Counted from the whole stretch's first letter, positions 49,440 through 59,425 are shown. The stretch: DNA of 62,310 bases, filler included, from 6 parts of 6 records of this genome joined end to end with filler, not necessarily neighbours in it, one strand, 5' to 3'. Made by a program: numbers and translations. Notes: generated from the sequence alone by a model not told the origin.

Positions 49440-49609
49440 ATATAATTGGTTTTGAGTTATCTGGTAAAGTTGGAGGAATATCGGATTTTAAAAAGTCTTT
49501 TATAGGCTAATTTAACCTTTTACCGATCCATATCAAACATTAACCGAATGTTAACTGCGCAGCTTTACTTGTATTGCTAATTTTGAATCGGTAAACATAA
49601 AAAAGCATC

Positions 49610-49920
49610 ATGGAGAAAGTACCACATCGGCAGGCACCTAAAAAGGAAAATTCCAGAGAAGTATTGGCACTGGTTTTAATCGGATTGGGAATTGTATGGC
49701 TTTTGAAGCAGACGGGAGTGTTTTATGGATTCCCGTTTTTTGATCCGGGCCATGTTTTCGAGCCAATCCAAAAAGTGTTTCACGGGATAAAGCACCTGTT
49801 TTTCTCGTGGCCTGTAATACTAATTGTAATCGGACTTGTTCTTATGGCCGGAAAACGTTCGGGAGGAGTAGTATTACTTATTATTGGCGGAGTATTTTTA
49901 TTGCCAAAGTTGTTTTTTCT
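49610..49920 (+). CDS. LiaF/DUF5668-like membrane protein, 3'-truncated
   Basis: LVLIGLGIVWLL...FFSWPVILIVIGL...GG; runs into spacer. Confidence 0.65.
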
Positions 49921-50020
49921 NNNNNNNNNNNNNNNNNNNNNNNNNNNNNNNNNNNNNNNNNNNNTTAATTAATTAANNNNNNNNNNNNNNNNNNNNNNNN
50001 NNNNNNNNNNNNNNNNNNNN
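49921..50020. other. Artificial contig spacer
   Basis: 44 N + TTAATTAATTAA + 44 N. Confidence 0.97.
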
Positions 50021-50021
50021 T

Positions 50022-50468
50022 TTAGCTACATTAGGTGTAGATTATGCAGTGCCTGTAACTTCTAAACATCCTGAGGAAGCAAAAGAGTTCTTAAAATTCT
50101 ATATTGAAAATTTAGCAATTTTACAGAAATTCAAACCAGAACCAAGAGCTTATTTACCTGCAAATGATATTGCAAAATTACCGATTGAAAAACTTAATTT
50201 AAAGGGTTATGAAACTAACTTTACTGTAGAAGATTTAGCTACATTCCCGATGGAACCTCATAAAATGATAACTCTTAAGGGAGATAATAGAGATATTACA
50301 TATACAAGAATTTTCTTAGAGGAGTTAGATGGAGCTAATGTAAATGTTGATAAAGAGTTAGCGATATTAACTGACAGATATAATGATGCTTTAATTGAGT
50401 CAGTAAAAGGTGGAATAATTGATAAATCAGATGTTTATCTACCTAATTTTAATATTAATAAAAGATAA
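50022..50468 (+). CDS. Sugar ABC transporter substrate-binding protein, C-terminal part
   Basis: Open from contig edge; SKHPEEAKEFLKF motif; upstream of two permeases. Confidence 0.75.
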   Translation, partial: LATLGVDYAVPVTSKHPEEAKEFLKFYIENLAILQKFKPEPRAYLPANDIAKLPIEKLNLKGYETNFTVEDLATFPMEPHKMITLKGDNRDITYTRIFLEELDGANVNVDKELAILTDRYNDALIESVKGGIIDKSDVYLPNFNINKR

Positions 50469-50499
50469 GAGTAAAACTTAATTAGATGAAGTAGTTATT

Positions 50500-50534
50500 A
50501 TAAGGCTTCGAGTATTAATATTTCGAAGCCTTAT
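50500..50534 (+). other. Stem-loop after the substrate-binding gene (mRNA stabiliser or leaky terminator)
   Basis: ataaggcttcga-gtattaatatt-tcgaagccttat. Confidence 0.6.
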
Positions 50535-50658
50535 TCTTAAGTAAGATAATTAATATATTCTTTAATTATTTAAATGTAGTTAATAATACTGATTTAAATA
50601 ATGTATTATGATTACTAATTTTTCTTTATAAACGAAAAAATAATATGAGGTGATTCGG

Positions 50659-51600
50659 ATGAACGAATCTGTCGTTCAAAGTAATGAAAATAATAATGCT
50701 CAAATAAAGTCAAAACGATTTAAAAGTTTAAATAGTAAAAATGTGCAAGCAACACTAATGTTGTTGCCAACAATTATTTTAATAGTTGTTTTCGGGATAT
50801 ATCCAATATTGAATGTGCTTTTTTATAGTTTTACTGATTACAACGGAATAATAAAACCAAATTATGTTGGTTTAGAAAACTATTTGAGAGTATTTCAAGA
50901 TAGGTCATGGTGGGTTACGGTAAAAAATACTTTTGAAATGGGAATTATTCTATCACTTGTTCAGGTGCCGATTGCATTGGTATTAGCTGTTATGCTTAAT
51001 CAAAAAATAAAAGGGAGTAATTTTTTTAGGGCAGTAATATTTATGTCTTGTGTTACAAGTACAGCTGTTATGGGGGTTGTTTTCTTCTTTTTATTTAGTT
51101 CATATAACGGAATTATCAATACATATCTAATTAATCTTCATTTGATTAAAGAACCAATTAGATGGTTTGGTAGCGGATTATTATCAAAGATGGTTGTTGT
51201 TATATTTTTATTATGGCATGATGTAGGTTTATTTATGGTGCTGTTTTTAGCTGCTCTTCAGAAAATTCCAGGAGATATATATGAGAGTGCTAAAATTGAC
51301 GGAGCCAATAAAATTCAGGCATTTTTCGGAATAACACTACCGATGTTAGGAAGTACTTTTAAGATTATATCTGTTTTATCACTTGTTAATGCCTTGAAGA
51401 TGTTTGATTCTGTTAAAACTCTTACAAACGGAGGACCTGGAGGAAAAACAGATGTTATGACAATGTATATATTTAGATATTTCTTTGAAAGTGAAGGGAT
51501 TGCACAACAGGGCTATGCCAGTGCAATGAGTATTGTGGCTACACTAATTGTAACAGCCCTTGTCCTTGTACAGTATTTGGCAATACAGAGAAAGAAATAA
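50659..51600 (+). CDS. Carbohydrate ABC transporter permease
   Basis: YVGLENY, IYESAKIDGA (EAA loop), GGPGG, GYASA; SD GAGGTG before ATG 50659. Confidence 0.92.
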   Translation: MNESVVQSNENNNAQIKSKRFKSLNSKNVQATLMLLPTIILIVVFGIYPILNVLFYSFTDYNGIIKPNYVGLENYLRVFQDRSWWVTVKNTFEMGIILSLVQVPIALVLAVMLNQKIKGSNFFRAVIFMSCVTSTAVMGVVFFFLFSSYNGIINTYLINLHLIKEPIRWFGSGLLSKMVVVIFLLWHDVGLFMVLFLAALQKIPGDIYESAKIDGANKIQAFFGITLPMLGSTFKIISVLSLVNALKMFDSVKTLTNGGPGGKTDVMTMYIFRYFFESEGIAQQGYASAMSIVATLIVTALVLVQYLAIQRKK

Positions 51601-51646
51601 TTATAGTTTGCTAAAATTAAGAAAATTAATTAGAGTAGGAGAAAAT

Positions 51647-52489
51647 ATGAGAGTAAAAGATAGAATTGAAAAAATAGCATTTTACGTTTTTTTTACAGCT
51701 ATATCAATCTGGATACTTTTCCCGATAATATATGCTTTTGGTGGTTCCTTTAAGAGTTTGAATGAGTTTTTGGTAGGAGGAAGTAATATATTTCCGAAAA
51801 AGTTTGATTTTTCAAACTATTCTATCGCGTGGAAACAAGCTGATTTCGCCAGATATACTTTAAATAGTATGGTATTTTCAGTATTAACAGTAATTTTTAC
51901 CTTAATAACTACTTCTATGGCAGGTTATGTTTTATCAAGGAGAGATTTTAGAGGAAAAAAAATTGTACTAGGTTCAATAAATTTTAATATATTTTTAATA
52001 GGTGCCGTTACACTATATCCAATATTTGACATAATAAAATCAATGGGACTATTAAACAGTATCTGGGGAATGGTGCTGGCGCAAACAGCTGTAGGGCAGG
52101 CACTTTTTACCATACTGATTATGGGGTATTGTGAAGGTTTGCCAAAAGCACTGGATGAAGCAGCGGAGATAGATGGAGCTGGTTTTTTTAAGACATATTA
52201 TTATGTTGTACTTCCATCTATGAAACCAATATTAGCAACAGTAGCACTTCTGACATTTAGGGATACTTGGAATAGTTTTATGATGCCGTTGGCATTTACA
52301 TTGTCAAAACCACAGCTTAGACCGTTAACAGTTGGGGTGGTTATGCTAAAAGATCAAGGAGAGGGTATCGCAGCATGGAATATTATGTTAGCAGGTACTA
52401 TCATGTCACTTATCCCGATACTTTTGGTTTATCTGTTCCTGAATAGATATTTTATGGCTGGTTTAACAGATGGAGCTGTGAAAGGGTAA
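51647..52489 (+). CDS. Carbohydrate ABC transporter permease
   Basis: LDEAAEIDGAG, WNSF, GLTDGAVKG; SD AGGAG before ATG 51647. Confidence 0.92.
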   Translation: MRVKDRIEKIAFYVFFTAISIWILFPIIYAFGGSFKSLNEFLVGGSNIFPKKFDFSNYSIAWKQADFARYTLNSMVFSVLTVIFTLITTSMAGYVLSRRDFRGKKIVLGSINFNIFLIGAVTLYPIFDIIKSMGLLNSIWGMVLAQTAVGQALFTILIMGYCEGLPKALDEAAEIDGAGFFKTYYYVVLPSMKPILATVALLTFRDTWNSFMMPLAFTLSKPQLRPLTVGVVMLKDQGEGIAAWNIMLAGTIMSLIPILLVYLFLNRYFMAGLTDGAVKG

Positions 52490-52528
52490 TGTATAAATGT
52501 AAATAAATTTAAGGAGAAGTAATTCAAG

Positions 52529-52774
52529 ATGGAGAAAAAAATAGTAGAATTTTTAGATAAAAGGATTCGTCATAAGATTCAAGGTGACGGGGGAGATTTT
52601 GAAGTAGTATCAGTTGATGAAAAAACTCTTAATTTAAATCTAATTGCAGAGTGCTCAAGATGTCCGATTACAGATGAATGTTACAAAGACTGGTTAAAAA
52701 TAGAGATCCAAGAGAAGTTGGAAATAGAGCTGGAGATTAATACTAAGCAGAAAAAACCGTATTTTTGGGGTTGA
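52529..52774 (+). CDS. NifU C-terminal (Nfu-like) domain protein
   Basis: IRHKIQGDGGDFEVV and AECSRCP; SD AAGGAG. Confidence 0.75.
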   Translation: MEKKIVEFLDKRIRHKIQGDGGDFEVVSVDEKTLNLNLIAECSRCPITDECYKDWLKIEIQEKLEIELEINTKQKKPYFWG

Positions 52775-52831
52775 TAAAAAGCTTAAGTTTTAGCGTATAA
52801 AATAATTAAGAAAAAAGGGTGAGGAAATAAA

Positions 52832-55800
52832 ATGGCACACGGAAAAGTAGCTAGAAGATCTATGGGCGAACTGGATTGGATAATACTTCGAGCAAAAAAG
52901 ATAAAGGAATCAGTAGTAGAAAAAGTTTTTCCGCTAGAAAATTGGATGCTAAAAGAGGGGCGTCAAATAAGTGAGATGAACTATGAATATTACTCTGACG
53001 ATTATAGAAATATAAAAGATGGTGAGTATTATTTTTCTCCTGATGGAACTGTTTTTCTTAAAAATGAGATAAATATTCCTGATAGTATGATAGATGATGA
53101 GATTTGGTTTAATCTAAAAACTGCTGCCGAGATGATAATTAAAATTAACGGAAAGTGGGCAGGTGGACTTGATCCAAATAGAAACAGAGTACTTATTAAA
53201 AAAGCTGAAGATAAAACTTCTAAATTCTATATTGAATTAGAAGCTTATAATCGTTCAAAACCTGATGATGAAAGGAATTTAGAAACAAATTTCTTGAGAG
53301 GCTGCAGGCAGATATTTGACAGCGGAGCTTTTATAACAATTAATAAAGAGGTTGAAGCTCTATCGCATGATCTGAATATACTAATTGATACCATAGATTC
53401 TAAATTTACAAGTGAGTTCCAAATGGATCTGATAATTAGAGAACTTGGTATAGCACTTAATATGATTGATACGCAAATTCATGGTTTTGCAGCAAATAGA
53501 GAAGAAATAAATAAAGTAAGAGATTATATAAAGAAAAATATTTTTGAAAATAATACATATGGCAAAAGCGGGAAGGTAGCACTTGTGTCTCATTCGCATC
53601 TTGATATTGCATATTACTGGAGACAGATTCACACTATTCAGAAAAATGCCAGAACATGTCTGATACAACTAAAACTTATGGAGGAGTATCCTGAGTTCAA
53701 ATACAGTCATTCTCAAGCCTATACTTATGAGATGCTCGAAAAATATTATCCAGAGATATTCGCTGATGTAAAGAAAAAAGTAGAGGATGGCAATTTTGAA
53801 ATTGTTGGCGGAATGTATATTGAGCCGGATTGTAATCTGCCTTCAGCAGAATCATTAGTGAGGCAATGTATGTATGGTCAGCATTATTTTAGAGAAAAAT
53901 TCAATAAAACTATTAATAATTGCTGGCTTCCTGATGTATTTGGGAATTCGTGGATACTCCCGCAAATTCTAAAAAAATCAGGAATGGAGTACTTTGTTTC
54001 AAATAAGATGTCTACCTGGAATGATACGAATAAATTCCCTTATAACAGCTTCAAATGGAGAGGGATAGATGGAAGTGAAGTACTTGCTTCAGTTCCACCG
54101 ACACACTTTATAACTTGGAATACACCTGAACAGATAAGTGAAAACTGGAATGACTACCAAGACAAAGAAACCTGTGACGAAACTCTTAATATGTTTGGTT
54201 TTGGAGACGGTGGAAGTGGAGCAACTAGAGAGATGCTGGAGTATATGGACAGATTAGAGTATATCTCAGAGATTCCTGAGACAAGACATATTACTGCAGC
54301 TCAGTATTTGGAAGAAAACCTAAAAAACAATAATGATCTGGGTATCTGGGATGGAGAACTTTATCTGGAGATGCATAGAGGAACTTTCACAACAAAAGGT
54401 CATATGAAAAAAGCCAACAGAGAACTTGAAATCCTTATGAAGAACTGTGAATTAATGGCAACATATGCTTACCTAAAAGGAATGAAATATCCGCAAGAAA
54501 AAATTGATGAACTTTGGAAAAAATTACTTATAAATCAATTCCACGATATTGTAACCGGAACACATGTAACTCCGGTAGCAAGAGATACAATGGAAACTTA
54601 TGAATATGTGCAAAATGAAGGTGAAAAGCTGCTTTCAGCTTGTTTGGATTATTTAGCAGTTAATAATAATCAAGATAGTTTAAGTGTAATAAATACTTTA
54701 TGTAGTGAAAGAACTGGAGAAATATTTATAGCAGGTGAATTCACAGAAGGAATAAAAATAAAAGGATATGAAACTCAGTTAGGTTCAAAAAAAACTGAAA
54801 AGGGAATATGGCTTAAAATAAAATCTATCGCTCCAATATCAACAGAAGTTTATAATATCGAGAGAAATTCTGAATTACCTAAAACAGATTGGTTCGAATA
54901 TGATAGTGAGACAAATTGTCTAAAGACACATCATTATCAAATGATCTTTAATAATGATGCATCGATACGAAGTATGATAAGAAAAACAGATAAACGGGAA
55001 ATAGTAAAAGCTGGGGAAGAGCTAAATAAACTTAAAATTTATCATGATTATCCGGGAATGTATGATGCCTGGGATATACTGAAAAACTATAAAGATGTTG
55101 AAGATGAAGTTAAGGTTATTGAAGAGTTTAAGCTTATAGAGAAGGGGAATTTGTTTGTAAGTTTTGAGGCTAAATTGCAGGTTAATAAGTCAATTTTTAT
55201 AAGTAGAGTTAGAGTTTATAAAGATAATGAGAAAGTGGATTTTGAATATTTTGTTGATTGGAGTGAGAAAAGCAGACTAGCTAAATTGGACTTTAATTTA
55301 AATCTATTAGCCAGATATTCAAAATGTGACACTAGTGCAGGGATAATATCAAGAGAAACTCATAAAAACACAACTTGGCAACAGGCTAAATTTGAAGTAG
55401 TAGGACATAAATGGGTAGATTTATCAGAAAATGGATTTGGAGTAGCTGTTCTAAATGACGGAAAATATGGTTATGGTTTTGATCAGGATCAAATAAGTAT
55501 TTCATTACTAAAAGGATCATTGAGACCTGATCCGCATAGTGACATAGGACAGCATTCATTTATGTTTTCTATGATTCCACATGATGGAAGAGTAGAGGAG
55601 ACAAGAGTTGCAACTGAGGCACTTGCCTTAAATACACCAGTTATAAATCTTCAAGACAGAGTGTTTAAGTTTGATTTTCTACAACTTGATGATGCTGATC
55701 ATGAAAATTTAGAGATACAAGCAATTAAGAAAGCTCAGTATTCAGATAAAAAAGAGTTTATACTAAGAGTTGTTGAAACTAAAGGGAAACGAGGATCAGG

Positions 55801-55954
55801 AATTATTAAGAGTTGTTTTGATATATCAAAAGTAGAAGAGGTTAATTTACTAGAGGATATTGAGGAAAATCAAACAGTTAGCTTTGATGAAAACAAAATG
55901 GAATTTGATTATAAACCGTTTGAAATTAGGAGCTTTAAAGTAAGTTTGAAGTAA
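52832..55954 (+). CDS. Glycoside hydrolase family 38 alpha-mannosidase
   Basis: SHSHLDIAYYW, EPDCNLPS.ESLVRQ, WLPDVFG, GDGG, ELYLEMHRG, NQFHD. Confidence 0.93.
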   Translation: MAHGKVARRSMGELDWIILRAKKIKESVVEKVFPLENWMLKEGRQISEMNYEYYSDDYRNIKDGEYYFSPDGTVFLKNEINIPDSMIDDEIWFNLKTAAEMIIKINGKWAGGLDPNRNRVLIKKAEDKTSKFYIELEAYNRSKPDDERNLETNFLRGCRQIFDSGAFITINKEVEALSHDLNILIDTIDSKFTSEFQMDLIIRELGIALNMIDTQIHGFAANREEINKVRDYIKKNIFENNTYGKSGKVALVSHSHLDIAYYWRQIHTIQKNARTCLIQLKLMEEYPEFKYSHSQAYTYEMLEKYYPEIFADVKKKVEDGNFEIVGGMYIEPDCNLPSAESLVRQCMYGQHYFREKFNKTINNCWLPDVFGNSWILPQILKKSGMEYFVSNKMSTWNDTNKFPYNSFKWRGIDGSEVLASVPPTHFITWNTPEQISENWNDYQDKETCDETLNMFGFGDGGSGATREMLEYMDRLEYISEIPETRHITAAQYLEENLKNNNDLGIWDGELYLEMHRGTFTTKGHMKKANRELEILMKNCELMATYAYLKGMKYPQEKIDELWKKLLINQFHDIVTGTHVTPVARDTMETYEYVQNEGEKLLSACLDYLAVNNNQDSLSVINTLCSERTGEIFIAGEFTEGIKIKGYETQLGSKKTEKGIWLKIKSIAPISTEVYNIERNSELPKTDWFEYDSETNCLKTHHYQMIFNNDASIRSMIRKTDKREIVKAGEELNKLKIYHDYPGMYDAWDILKNYKDVEDEVKVIEEFKLIEKGNLFVSFEAKLQVNKSIFISRVRVYKDNEKVDFEYFVDWSEKSRLAKLDFNLNLLARYSKCDTSAGIISRETHKNTTWQQAKFEVVGHKWVDLSENGFGVAVLNDGKYGYGFDQDQISISLLKGSLRPDPHSDIGQHSFMFSMIPHDGRVEETRVATEALALNTPVINLQDRVFKFDFLQLDDADHENLEIQAIKKAQYSDKKEFILRVVETKGKRGSGIIKSCFDISKVEEVNLLEDIEENQTVSFDENKMEFDYKPFEIRSFKVSLK

Positions 55955-55987
55955 GTTTTTCATATCTAAATTCAGGTATTAAAAGTT

Positions 55988-56013
55988 AAGGTGGAAAGAG
56001 ATTTCTGCCTTTT
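55988..56013 (+). terminator. Intrinsic terminator after GH38 gene
   Basis: aaggtggaaa-gaga-tttctgcctt plus T-tract. Confidence 0.6.
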
Positions 56014-56187
56014 CCTAATTTATATGAAAAATATTTGAAAATTAATAAAAAATTGAAAATAATACTCTATTTACACAAATTATCAAATGGAATGAAGTGC
56101 TAATTCATTGTATAAATATTATAAGAAAAATAAAATAGAGTAAATTAATGGATAAAAAACTTAACTTAAAAATAAAGGAGTCCAAGA

Positions 56188-56216
56188 ATGAAAAAATTTA
56201 TGTGTGATGATTTTTT
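56188..56216 (+). CDS. uxaC: Start of probable uronate isomerase (9 complete codons only)
   Basis: SD AAGGAG then MKKFMCDDF, resembling the UxaC N-terminus MKxFMxEDFLL. Confidence 0.55.
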
Positions 56217-56316
56217 NNNNNNNNNNNNNNNNNNNNNNNNNNNNNNNNNNNNNNNNNNNNTTAATTAATTAANNNNNNNNNNNNNNNNNNNNNNNNNNNN
56301 NNNNNNNNNNNNNNNN
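56217..56316. other. Artificial contig spacer
   Basis: 44 N + TTAATTAATTAA + 44 N. Confidence 0.97.
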
Positions 56317-56464
56317 AAAAACGCTTATTGAAACACTTCCTTTCTGCAACTTTGTCATATTAATCCTCCACAAATTCAGACTAGGTGATTATAGTTTTGT
56401 GCTTGTCTTAGTCAATGTTATTGTGTATATTGCAACGACTGAAGAATCTTATTATGAGGTTAAT

Positions 56465-57541
56465 ATGGCTAATTCGTTAAAAGTTGTAGTTTTTTTCACA
56501 ATGTTCTTTTTCACTCTTCTTTTTTCATCATGCAAAGATGAGAAAACTGAAGTAGATAATGACTTGTCCGACGAAGCCCTGACGGAGTCGGATGTAGAGA
56601 TTGTGGACGATGAAGAAATGGCAGACGATGAAGAAATGGCGGACGAAGTGGACACAGAGGACATTCAAGACAAGTCCGAAATGTCCGATCAGTCTGATGA
56701 TTCCGAGTTGCCTGACGACTTGTCCGATGAGTCTGACGAGTCTGAGATGCCCGACGAGACTGTTGAGGAAAAACCGGACAGTGAAATGGTTGAGATCACT
56801 GGCGGATCTTTTATGATGGGGTGCCGAAGTGGTGACAGTCTCTGTTATTCAAACGGTGAAGAAGAACCTCTGCATTCAGTTACTATTTCAGCTTTTAAAA
56901 TGGATAAGTTCGAAGTTACAACAGCGGATTACAAAAAATGTATCGCTGCCGGAGTTTGCAATAATTCAAGTGAAGATGAACCGCACTACATTGTTGCTGA
57001 ACCTGAAGGCAACTATACGAATAACTGCACAATTGATTCTCCCGACTGGGATGAAGATGAACTTTCTGTAAATTGCATTAGCTGGTATGGAGCAAAAGCT
57101 TACTGTGAATGGGTAGGAAGAAAACTACCGACAGAAGCGCAGTGGGAATATGCGGCAAGTGGAACAGCTGGAACTCTTTATACATGGGGAAACGAAGCTC
57201 CATCATGCACTTACACAATGATGTATGATACTGTTTCATCAAAATCAGGATGCGGAAGCGAATCCGTTGGAAAACCGGGAGAGTATTTAAACGATGAATC
57301 ACCTTTTGGTGTTTTTGATATGTCTGGAAATCTTACTGAATGGGTCAGTGATTTTTACAAAAAAGATTATTACAGTGAAAGTCCTGCAACCGATCCGCAA
57401 GGACCGGAAACTGGAAGCTATAAAGTTTTTAGAGGAGGATTCTGGGGTGGAAGCGATCCGGCAATATTTAGAAACTCGGCAAGACCTTATCTGCCTCCTG
57501 AAACGGCACTTTCAATGCATGGATTTAGATGCGTTAAATAA
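56465..57541 (+). CDS. Lipoprotein with acidic linker and FGE-sulfatase (SUMF1-like) domain
   Basis: SD GAGGT, ATG 56465, lipobox FSSC, D/E-rich linker, FMMG, EVT, LPTEAQWEYAA, DMSGNLTEW, RGG, GFRC. Confidence 0.88.
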   Translation: MANSLKVVVFFTMFFFTLLFSSCKDEKTEVDNDLSDEALTESDVEIVDDEEMADDEEMADEVDTEDIQDKSEMSDQSDDSELPDDLSDESDESEMPDETVEEKPDSEMVEITGGSFMMGCRSGDSLCYSNGEEEPLHSVTISAFKMDKFEVTTADYKKCIAAGVCNNSSEDEPHYIVAEPEGNYTNNCTIDSPDWDEDELSVNCISWYGAKAYCEWVGRKLPTEAQWEYAASGTAGTLYTWGNEAPSCTYTMMYDTVSSKSGCGSESVGKPGEYLNDESPFGVFDMSGNLTEWVSDFYKKDYYSESPATDPQGPETGSYKVFRGGFWGGSDPAIFRNSARPYLPPETALSMHGFRCVK

Positions 57542-57543
57542 GC

Positions 57544-58227
57544 CTACCACTTATTGTTATGGATCTGTTCTTCGTTATACTTATTTTTCGGAGTATGCTC
57601 TCCATCAGGGATTCCGATCGGAATAAAGGCAAGTGGAACAATGTTCTTTGGGAGTTTTAACACGTCACGTACGGGTTTTATCCTGTCAGCATTTGGATAA
57701 ACTGCCGTCCAGACAGCTCCGAGCTTAAAAAACTCGACCGTTAAAAGAAGGTTTTCAATTGCTGCACTGCAGTCCATTACCCAGTAATCAGAATCTTTGC
57801 CACCACATTGCTTGTTGAGATCTCCGGCAACAACGACTCCGTATTGAGCGTCTTTGCCCATCTTGGCATAGGGGAGTTTGTCCGAAAGCTCATCAAGAAT
57901 TTTTCTGTCATCTATAATAATGAATTCCCAAGGTCTTTTATCTCTAGCAGTTGGAGCAGCCATTGCAGCACGCACAGCCATGTCGATCTTATATCTCTCA
58001 ATTTCTCCCGCCTTGAACTTTCTAACGCTCTTTCTTGCAAATATTGTCTGAAGAGCCGTGTCGCTACATTCACTTTCCACCGCAGCAGGAGCTTTTTGCG
58101 CTTCTTCGACCTTCTCCTGCATATCTTTTAGCTCTTTTTCATGCATCTTTCTCTCCGTTCTCTGGTCCACAGCCATTATCACAACCACAACCGCAAGGAT
58201 CAGACTTAACACCTTTGTTGACTTCAT
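57544..58227 (-). CDS. Nitroreductase family protein with N-terminal signal/TM segment
   Basis: RKSVRKF, AAMAAPTA..RPWEF, DCSAAIENLLL, LGAVW; hydrophobic N-terminus; SD AAGGGG. Confidence 0.88.
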   Translation of the reverse strand: MKSTKVLSLILAVVVVIMAVDQRTERKMHEKELKDMQEKVEEAQKAPAAVESECSDTALQTIFARKSVRKFKAGEIERYKIDMAVRAAMAAPTARDKRPWEFIIIDDRKILDELSDKLPYAKMGKDAQYGVVVAGDLNKQCGGKDSDYWVMDCSAAIENLLLTVEFFKLGAVWTAVYPNADRIKPVRDVLKLPKNIVPLAFIPIGIPDGEHTPKNKYNEEQIHNNKW

Positions 58228-59377
58228 TCTTTTTCCCCTTCACATTATTTTCAACTCTTTTTATTGAATCTATTAACTCTCCAGTTGGACAAAAGTATCT
58301 GCACCATGGCTTTGAAACAAAAAGCGATGCAAAAACACTCAGTCCAGCAACAACAAGTGTCACTATCCCTGCCGCCTTGAACTGAAAAGCAGAAAACGGC
58401 TCAAATGGTGAAAAATCCTCAACAGTTCCAAGCAACATCAAAGCTAGCAGAACATAGAGATAGACAGGTTTTAGTGCGAGCAGTATTTTTGATGCTTTTT
58501 TAGGCACACAGAACTTCTTCACAGGTATTTTACAAAAGAGTTCCTGAAGCGCACCCATTGGACAAAGCGACATACAGTAAAAGTTCTTTCCCGATAAAAA
58601 AGGCACAAGAATTGCGGCACCTGTTATCAACAAACTGTCCCACATTTCAACAGAAATTCCATTATGAAGCCATCCGCCAAAAAGTGCCAGTGAAAGCGAT
58701 TTTCCACCCAAAAAACCCATAAAGATCACTGAAAAAACAAGCATTATCGTGCGGAATTTTCTTAATTTTGCAGGCAGGAAGCATGAAAGAAGAGCAAAGA
58801 TGAGAACTGCAAGAACGCCAATTCTAACAAATGGTATTTTAAACCCTTCTTTTATCTCCGATTCCTGTCCTGTATGAGCCGTCAAGTTGGATTTCACCAT
58901 TGAAATGACTGCACCGGTGGACATTGTGGCACCAGTAACTGTGTCAACATCTTTGTTTAGAGCTTCAGTTGCATGATGACCATTCCAGCTGTTAAAAAAT
59001 CCTTTTTCCGTAAGCATTTCAATAAAACTGCCGGTTTCATTATGATCAACAGGATGAACACCTAAGATCTTTCCATCCGGGTCTATTCCTACGGCAATTC
59101 GGATCTTTCCACCGTAACCACCAGGATTCTCTTCGCCAGGAAGCATTGAAATTGCTTTGGCCTCAACTTCTCCAGACTTTCCGTAGATATGAAAAACACA
59201 ACTATCTTCATGTTTTTCAACACTAGTAGCGCTTTCAAAAAACGGTTTCACATGATCAACAGTTAGATCACACTCTTTCGTTTCATCGCTCCCGAAATCA
59301 CCAAAACGTATAAACACAGCTGTAAAAACAAGCGCGATAATAAGCAGTGACGGAATTCTTGCTAAGATCTTATTCAT
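58139..59377 (-). CDS. FMN-binding domain plus 4Fe-4S-binding (NapH/NosR-like) membrane protein
   Basis: GYGG, HNET, DTVTGAT flavinylation motif; CxxxCP motifs YCMSLCPMG and WCRYFCPTG. Confidence 0.85.
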   Translation of the reverse strand: MNKILARIPSLLIIALVFTAVFIRFGDFGSDETKECDLTVDHVKPFFESATSVEKHEDSCVFHIYGKSGEVEAKAISMLPGEENPGGYGGKIRIAVGIDPDGKILGVHPVDHNETGSFIEMLTEKGFFNSWNGHHATEALNKDVDTVTGATMSTGAVISMVKSNLTAHTGQESEIKEGFKIPFVRIGVLAVLIFALLSCFLPAKLRKFRTIMLVFSVIFMGFLGGKSLSLALFGGWLHNGISVEMWDSLLITGAAILVPFLSGKNFYCMSLCPMGALQELFCKIPVKKFCVPKKASKILLALKPVYLYVLLALMLLGTVEDFSPFEPFSAFQFKAAGIVTLVVAGLSVFASLFVSKPWCRYFCPTGELIDSIKRVENNVKGKKNEVNKGVKSDPCGCGCDNGCGPENGEKDA

Positions 59378-59425
59378 TTCTCCTCGCCAAAAAAATAAAC
59401 AACGGAAAATTATAGGACTGAGGGG

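Noticed and set aside
56622-56647. Short direct repeats such as gacgatgaagaaatggc
   Set aside because: They encode the acidic low-complexity linker (DDEEMADDEEMAD)
56465-57541. FGE/C-type-lectin-fold protein as a diversity-generating retroelement target
   Set aside because: No reverse transcriptase and no template repeat of the 3' end seen in this contig
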